From NCBI GenBank assembly GCA_038231435.1, contig JBBRLJ010000013.1, positions 1 to 64,000 of the forward strand: DNA of 64,000 nucleotides. Direction: 5' to 3'. Shown here one piece after another: positions 58,901-64,000 of the stretch; position 1 is the first letter of the stretch, and each line of letters starts with the position of its first letter. The notes under the pieces were generated by a model. The model worked only from the letters and a program-made list of their open reading frames with translations, did no database searches and was not told the origin of the DNA. A program made the position numbers and the translations under genes. The DNA comes from Planctomycetota bacterium (lineage in GTDB: Bacteria; Planctomycetota; UBA11346).

Positions 58901-59940
58901 GGGCTCGCGCGCAAGGCGGTGGGCATCGGGCCGCGGCGCGCGGGCGCGCCGCGGTAGAGGTCGCCGTTGCGGCAGGCGTAGAGCATCGAGCCGCCGGCGT
59001 TCGCGGCGATGGATGAGCCCTCGCGCGCCCACGCGGTGGCGGCGAAGCCGTCGTCGAGCTTCTCCCAGGTGGCGAAGCCGTCGCGCGAGCGCATCACGCC
59101 CTGGCCGGCGGGATCGTACGCGTAGACCACCTCGTCCTTCGCCGAGCTCCAGCCGACCGCGACCGACACCGCGTCGGCCTCGGGCGGGCCCGGGTCGGGC
59201 TTGCGCATGGTGATGCCGAAATCGTCGCTCACGCTCAGGCCGGCGCCCTCGGTGCCGAACCACACGCGCTGCGGATCGAGCGGGCTCGCCACCAGCGCGC
59301 GCGGTGGCTCGGTGAGCACGCACAGCCAACCGCGGCTGGCATCATAGCGGAAGAAGCCATCGCCCTGCGCGGCGTTGCGTCCGGCGAAGAATACGGCGTT
59401 GGCCAGCACGATGCAGTCGTCGGCGCCGTAGTCCTCGGCGAACACCCGCCAGGTGCGTCCGCCATCGATGGTCATCGAGATGCCACGCTCGGCGAGCGAG
59501 TGGGTGGCGTAGATGGTGGTGAAGCTGGAGTCGCCGGCCGCGAACGCCAAGCAGCGGATGCGCGCGTGGGCCAGGCCGTGATCGGCGCCGCCGAGCGCGT
59601 TCCAGCCCGCACCGCCGTCGTCGCTGCGGAAGACGCCTGTGGCGGCAGTGCCGGCGTAGAGCGTCGCCGGACGGTTCGGAACCACCAGCAGGGCGGTGAT
59701 CTCGCCGAGCTGGGGCGCGGCGGGGAGCGCCGTGAAGGTGTCGCCGCCGTCGCGGGTCGCGACCAGGCCGGACGCGGTCCACACGTAGGCGGTCTCCGGA
59801 TCGATGGACGACGGGAAGACGCGCGTGGCCCCGGAAACACCATCGACGACGTGCCAGGCGAAGCCGTCATCGACGGCGGCAGCCTGGCCCGCGCAGACGA
59901 GCACCGCCGCCAGCGTGGTCGCGAGCCGGACGCCGATCAT
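55936..59940 (-). CDS. Large secreted mosaic protein: BNR/Asp-box propeller, choice-of-anchor-X-like motifs, CBM-like domains, Ig-like, PA14-like
   Basis: S.DGG.TW repeats; HDDGKDGDLAAGDGVYS and FDDGRHGDGASGDG; WRFVSIPLADL; LGSDDGVRVSVNG. Confidence 0.85.
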   Translation of the reverse strand: MIGVRLATTLAAVLVCAGQAAAVDDGFAWHVVDGVSGATRVFPSSIDPETAYVWTASGLVATRDGGDTFTALPAAPQLGEITALLVVPNRPATLYAGTAATGVFRSDDGGAGWNALGGADHGLAHARIRCLAFAAGDSSFTTIYATHSLAERGISMTIDGGRTWRVFAEDYGADDCIVLANAVFFAGRNAAQGDGFFRYDASRGWLCVLTEPPRALVASPLDPQRVWFGTEGAGLSVSDDFGITMRKPDPGPPEADAVSVAVGWSSAKDEVVYAYDPAGQGVMRSRDGFATWEKLDDGFAATAWAREGSSIAANAGGSMLYACRNGDLYRGAPARRGPMPTALRASPAAAVAGVDAVLFTCRAPAGAEVSIDLSPLANPAPTVVPPVPMHDDGKDGDLAAGDGVYSARVAKVAPPRSGQFALPVNVVKGGESAHGLALLTVMPNTVDAVLWNGENAGNDALWNGGGGGVSIARSSEHPLSGKTHLRLTVTGPGCAGWGWNGWGGGTDTSRHKMIGFYIRSDQPGPPRLKIELDDDGSGSGIQNGQKSHLVDLARYAPDVGPAWRFVSIPLADLTFGSKASPFGLRQMQLTVEDGAPRTYDFDDLTLIARPVPHLAGAAVRLGPDGKDVVLSVSGGGDAAPLKSVVARIPRGDGSEDVPLFDDGRHGDGASGDGSFAATLPVEHIGRGTRDIIFTARDDDGEAVVKVSAFIPARSASVPRIDGGFSADGDFKEFAGATPLATAVSAQGLSLEARLLHGEHKLYVGFEAVDPTFADGSAKDAKDATAAKPAETVWVEDALPPGAAPTADGGDAWTWAADPKPFSGAAASVSNAAGGPHQHYFANANPGLPIAAGERLLAYVWLDPANPPTEVMMQFNDGSWEHRAYWGADQLAWGAAGPSRFHAGELPKAGVWARLEVPASSLGLEGKTLTGVAFSLFGGRAAWDHVGKVGAAPTSSAAIIMIVGAAAEPRPRAADEPVKPVQRVEFTLTDGGADGGAHAAIGAQILPCFGARTQRGWRIEAELPASLVGGDPALGAVSRLQLVLRGAAGGEVAWASAGGAASLPVMDPEGFGEVVYTDTVGPPHWRCVSAVGTVLTLQSSKPIDPTSAKNAASFHVDGLAITAVALAADGRLLRLTADRAWPLGAEQHMTFSGVRASDGAAAAGVFAFTPQPGLPVGDGYIREYLVGAVKQGIDPMKVDKPLIDENVHPARGGDWQYVSADGPVDLGSLIGGSNVGAHAHVYVHADADRVVQLWLGSDDGVRVSVNGVCVHTFAGARGITADQDKVPGVKLHAGWNDVLLLITQGGGGWGFVMRIRDDQGGVPQGLSYAADSPYP

Positions 59941-60965
59941 GGTCGCCCCAGCACCAGGGTGCGTGCGAGCGCGCCGTCGTTACCGGAGCCAGCTGGGTCG
60001 CCGGAGCCGCCGGAACCGACCGCCTTGGTCGCGCCCTTGCCCGCATCGAAGATCGTCGCCGGGACGCCGTCGCCATCGTCCTCGAGCCCGGCCACCTCGG
60101 CGAGCACGCGGCGACCGGTGAAACCCTTGTGGTCGTTGAGGTCGTTGATCGCGGCGCGCGGCTCGGCCTCGCCCTCGGCGAACGGCGCTCCGGCGTAGAC
60201 CAGGCGGTAGATCTCCTGGTTCTCGCGCCCATGCACGATGGTGCCGCGGTCCTTGTCGGTGTTGGGATCCTTCTCCTCGCCATTGAGGAACTGGTTCTGG
60301 TACCAGGCCACGGTGGCGAACGCCGCGCCGTTGAAGGCGTCCAGGAGTGGCGTCTCCGGCTTCAATGCGCGCAGCAGGAACTCGCAGAAGTAGGGGGCGC
60401 TCTGCTTGACGTTCGCGCACAGGACCACCCGTCCGGGTTTGGCGAGCGCCTTCGCCCAGGCCGCTCCCTCGGGAGCCATGACCAGCACCGCTGCGTGCTT
60501 CGCACGCAGCGGCAGCAGCGCTTTCGCGACCTCGGCGTCGGCGAGATCGGGCCCCACCAGGCACAGCTTGCCGACGCCCTCCGATTGGTAGCCGTGGCCG
60601 ATCAGCACCACCACCGCCTGATCGTCGGGCGCGCAGGCCTTGGCCAGGTCCTCGAGCGCGTGCACCACCTGTTCTCGTGAGGCCGATCCGTTGTCATGGG
60701 AGTTTGTGGCTCCGGTGGATGACGCCGCGCCGGCGAGCACGCGCACGTTCGCCGCCGGGACCTTCTCCTGCTCGAGCACGTGTTGCCAGCCGGCGGTCCA
60801 GCGGCTGAAGTTTCCCGCCCAGGCGGCGCCCTCGCCCGGGTCGCCGGCGATGATCACCGCGCGGCACTCGGCGGCGGTGGCCGAGCCGAGGCAGAGAGCG
60901 AGCACGCAGCATCGCATCCAGCAGCGCATCCTGCATCGCATCCAAAATGTCTTCATGGGCTCCAT
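59937..60965 (-). CDS. Secreted caspase/C13-fold protein lacking the catalytic Cys
   Basis: IIAGDPG; VVLIGHG; L.GPDL; expected DxC position reads VMAPEG. Confidence 0.7.
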   Translation of the reverse strand: MEPMKTFWMRCRMRCWMRCCVLALCLGSATAAECRAVIIAGDPGEGAAWAGNFSRWTAGWQHVLEQEKVPAANVRVLAGAASSTGATNSHDNGSASREQVVHALEDLAKACAPDDQAVVVLIGHGYQSEGVGKLCLVGPDLADAEVAKALLPLRAKHAAVLVMAPEGAAWAKALAKPGRVVLCANVKQSAPYFCEFLLRALKPETPLLDAFNGAAFATVAWYQNQFLNGEEKDPNTDKDRGTIVHGRENQEIYRLVYAGAPFAEGEAEPRAAINDLNDHKGFTGRRVLAEVAGLEDDGDGVPATIFDAGKGATKAVGSGGSGDPAGSGNDGALARTLVLGRP

Positions 60966-60975
60966 CCTCGAAGGC

Positions 60976-61713
60976 CTAGTGCGTCAGGCAGTAGACGACG
61001 GTGTTGACGCCCATCTTGATGGAATCCTTGCAGTACTCCTGGTTCAGGTTCTGGAACCCGACCCAGCCGCAGTGGATATCGCCCGAGGTGCACAATGCCA
61101 TCAGGCGGCCGGTCTCGTGGTCGAACACGCCCATCGCCGGGTGCACCTCGCCCTGCACCCACGGCACGTGCTCGAGTTTGTAGAAGCAGGTGTAGATCTC
61201 GTGATCATCCGGAACCTCGCGCACCACCTGGTCGGGGAACAGGCGCTTCATCTCGCTGCAGAACGAGGCGTAGAACAGGCTCTCGTTGGTCTGGTTCCAC
61301 ACGCAGTCGTCGGCGAGCAGGAAGCCGCCGCGCAGCAGGTACTCGCGCAGATTCTTGCCGTCGACCTCGGAGAGCTTGAAGTGCGCCTCGGAGGTCATGA
61401 ACACGAACGGATACTGCATCAGCTGATCGGGATGGGCGAGGTTCACCACGACCGGATCGACCAGCACGTTGATGTTGGTCATGGCCTTGAGCGAGTCGCG
61501 CAGCTTCTGGTCGCCGATCGGCCAGGCGTCCCACTTGTCCGGCAGGTTCTCGGTGCAGGTGAACTGCAGGCGCGGAAAGAAGAACTGACCGGTCTGTACC
61601 AGCTGCTGGGCGTTCCTCGGCGCCGGATCGGCCGCCGAGGCGTTGGCGAGGACGCAGGCGAGGAGCGCCAGCGCACGCAGGATGAGGCGTGGGTTCATGG
61701 GTGTCCCGTTCAT
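60976..61713 (-). CDS. DUF4159 domain protein
   Basis: YPFVFMT; NLREYLLRGGFLLADD; HEIY.CFY; D..CGW; KMGVN.VVY.LTH. Confidence 0.92.
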   Translation of the reverse strand: MNGTPMNPRLILRALALLACVLANASAADPAPRNAQQLVQTGQFFFPRLQFTCTENLPDKWDAWPIGDQKLRDSLKAMTNINVLVDPVVVNLAHPDQLMQYPFVFMTSEAHFKLSEVDGKNLREYLLRGGFLLADDCVWNQTNESLFYASFCSEMKRLFPDQVVREVPDDHEIYTCFYKLEHVPWVQGEVHPAMGVFDHETGRLMALCTSGDIHCGWVGFQNLNQEYCKDSIKMGVNTVVYCLTH

Positions 61714-63998
61714 GCGAGGCCGGTCTTGCGTCTGACGATCCATTCGAGGAACCAGCACAGCGCGATCGCGAGCAGCAGCAGGGGGGCGTCGCGCAGCTCG
61801 CGTTCGTCGATGGCCTCGGCGGCGACCTTGCGGTTCGAGGCGTGCGCGACGATCGCCTCGATGGCCTTGTCGAGCTTGCCCTGCAGGTCGACGGTGCCCT
61901 CGCCGGCCTCGGCGATGCGCGTGAGCGCGGCGCCGTCGAGATCGGGGTGCGAGAACTCGGGCGACGAGCGCACCGCGCTGAACGCGGCGGTGCGCGGCTC
62001 GAGCACACCCGCGCCGCCGCCCGCCGCGGGCAGCTCGGCGGTGGCGGCGATCTCATAATCGCCGACGTCGTTGGGACGATAGGTGGCGCGGTAGACGCCC
62101 TCCTCGCCGAGCACCCACGGCAGGGTCAGCTCGTCGATATGGCCGAACGGGTCCTTCACCTTCGCCGTCACCGTGGCACTGTTGGCTGGGCGGTGGGCCC
62201 GGTCGAGCACCTGCGCGGTGATCGTCACCTGCTGGCCGACGTCGGCGACGCCGACGTCGGGCTCGACGGTCAGCAGTTCCTTCGAGCCGGCCGCCAGCCA
62301 GCGGATCATCTGCGACCAGAAGCGGCGGAAGCTGTCGTCGGCGGCTGGCTTGAGCATCTTCCAGCGCCAGCTGTTGGCCGAGGCGAACGCGGCCACGCGG
62401 CCGGCGCCGACGTCCTGCACCGCGAGCAGCACCTGCGCCGGGCTGCCGCCGCTGGCCGGACGCTGCGCGAGGACGTGCGCGCCCGGCTTTGCCGAATACA
62501 GCGGATTGAGCCCCTTGAGCAGCGGCATCACGTGCCATTGGCTGGCGTTCTCGGCCGGATCGGACGCCAGCGCGAGGATCTCGTGCTCGGTGCCCTCCTT
62601 GGTCAGCTCGAACGGGAATTCGCCAGCATCGAAAGCTCCGGCGGATGCGCCTCCGAGGCGCACCGGCAGAAGCTCGGCCACCGGCGTGTCCGCCCAGCCG
62701 CCGAGATTGAACGAATTGGTGCCGCCAAGCATGAGCAGGCCGCCGCCGCGCACCGAGACGAAGTCCGAGATCAGCTTCTGCTGGTCGGCCGGAAACTGCG
62801 CCGCCTCGATGTCGCTGAGGATGATCGCCTTGAAGCGGCCGAGTGCCTCGGCGGTCTTGGGGAAGCCGTTCGCGAGCGCGGTGCCCTCGTCACCGCTGGT
62901 GTACCAGCGGTCGTGACCGAGGCGCAGCAGGGTGACGACCTTGAACACCTTGTCATCGGACATGCAGCGGCGGATGAAGGCGAATTCGTGGCGCGGCGAG
63001 CCCTCGACGAACAGCACCTCGACGCGCGATTCCTGGAGATCGATGCGGAAATCGCGGCGGTTGTTGTCGAGCAGCTTCTCGCCGCCCACCGCGGGGATCT
63101 CGATGCGGTAGGTGGAGCTGGCGCCCTCGGCCGAGTTCTGGTCGCCGCCGCCGCCGGCGATGAACGACAGCGTCGCCGTCTGCGGTCCGTCGCCCTGGGG
63201 CGGCAGCTCGACGTCCTTGATGAAGGTGTCGCCGCGGAAGAGCTTCACCTCGATCGGTCCGCTGATCGCGCGCCGCGCGACGCTGACCCCGACCTCGACC
63301 AGCGAGCCGGCCTGCGCGGCGCGCGGATGGCGCACCGCGGTGATCGCGGCGTCGGGTCCTGAGCCGACGCCGCCGAAGCCCACCGCGTGCACCGCGGTGC
63401 CGCGGCCGGCGGCGTAGCGCGCCATGGCCTCGGGATCGCCGCCGGTGGTATCCACGCCGTCGGTGAGCAGCAGCATCGCCTCGAGCGGTACGCCGCGCAC
63501 CGACTGCGCGATATCCTTGATCCCGGCCGCGAGATGCGTGGCCTCGTCCCCCGCGGCGAGCGCCCCGAGCCGGGCAGCATCCAGCGGTCGCACCGCGTTG
63601 CCGAAGGCGAACAGGCGCACCTGCCCGGCTTTGGAAAGCCGTTCGAGCGCACTGGCCGAGAGCGCGTCGCGCGCGGCGTCGAGTCGGCTGGGTCCGCCGG
63701 CGGAGAGGCCCATGCTCTTTGACGCGTCGATCGCCACCGCGATGACGCCCGAGGCGTCGTCCTTCTGGCGCAGCCGCAGCACCGGGCCGAGCACTGCCGT
63801 GATCAGCAGCGCGACGCCGATGGTGCGGAATGCGACCAGGGCGAAGCGGCGCGCGCGCGTCAGACGCGGTGCCTCGCGGCGGTACAGCCACCACATCAGC
63901 AGGGCAACGCCCGCGAGAGCGAGGACCGCGAGTTCGGGGCGCAGCGGATGCGCCAGGCCCAGCTCTCCGGCTCGGTAGTCAGCGGGCGCGTACTTGAT
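61710..63998 (-). CDS. Membrane VWA plus class I glutamine amidotransferase-like (DUF1355-type) protein; 5' end beyond window
   Basis: IDASKSM; LLTDG; VLFVEGSPRHEFAFIRR; GGGLLMLGG; GAGRV...WRW.M; FWSQMIRWL; LEWIVRRKTGLA; frame open to the edge. Confidence 0.9.
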   Translation of the reverse strand: MKYAPADYRAGELGLAHPLRPELAVLALAGVALLMWWLYRREAPRLTRARRFALVAFRTIGVALLITAVLGPVLRLRQKDDASGVIAVAIDASKSMGLSAGGPSRLDAARDALSASALERLSKAGQVRLFAFGNAVRPLDAARLGALAAGDEATHLAAGIKDIAQSVRGVPLEAMLLLTDGVDTTGGDPEAMARYAAGRGTAVHAVGFGGVGSGPDAAITAVRHPRAAQAGSLVEVGVSVARRAISGPIEVKLFRGDTFIKDVELPPQGDGPQTATLSFIAGGGGDQNSAEGASSTYRIEIPAVGGEKLLDNNRRDFRIDLQESRVEVLFVEGSPRHEFAFIRRCMSDDKVFKVVTLLRLGHDRWYTSGDEGTALANGFPKTAEALGRFKAIILSDIEAAQFPADQQKLISDFVSVRGGGLLMLGGTNSFNLGGWADTPVAELLPVRLGGASAGAFDAGEFPFELTKEGTEHEILALASDPAENASQWHVMPLLKGLNPLYSAKPGAHVLAQRPASGGSPAQVLLAVQDVGAGRVAAFASANSWRWKMLKPAADDSFRRFWSQMIRWLAAGSKELLTVEPDVGVADVGQQVTITAQVLDRAHRPANSATVTAKVKDPFGHIDELTLPWVLGEEGVYRATYRPNDVGDYEIAATAELPAAGGGAGVLEPRTAAFSAVRSSPEFSHPDLDGAALTRIAEAGEGTVDLQGKLDKAIEAIVAHASNRKVAAEAIDERELRDAPLLLLAIALCWFLEWIVRRKTGLA

Positions 63999-64000
63999 CA

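Overview
High-GC bacterial chromosomal window, most likely a Planctomycetota member. This is inferred from the ECF-sigma/FecR pair, the MoxR-Bat operon, the DUF4159/VWA-GATase cluster, pilin-like fusion proteins and large secreted carbohydrate-active proteins. The left edge (1-1562) is the tail of an integron cassette array. Three AT-rich, apparently promoterless genes are separated by near-identical 138-bp attC sites, with a fourth degenerate copy at the window edge and no integrase in view. The array ends in an IS30-family remnant and is followed by a run of short co-oriented orphan genes that lack attC sites. The rest encodes secreted glycan-active proteins, a TolC/MFP/RND efflux operon with a convergent YncE propeller, an IS3 remnant ahead of a two-component system and tyrosine phosphatase, an ECF/anti-sigma pair with a surface protein, and AraC/deacetylase/DegT genes. 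It also carries tRNA-Arg(TCT), tRNA-Cys(GCA), argJ, clpS, a MoxR-DUF58-BatA-E operon whose BatC carries Ig repeats, and a second VWA/DUF4159/caspase-fold operon with a large mosaic protein. Two families of hairpin-rich intergenic repeats are present, one starting 8 nt after the tRNA-Cys CCA end. All family assignments come from motif recognition, not database searches.
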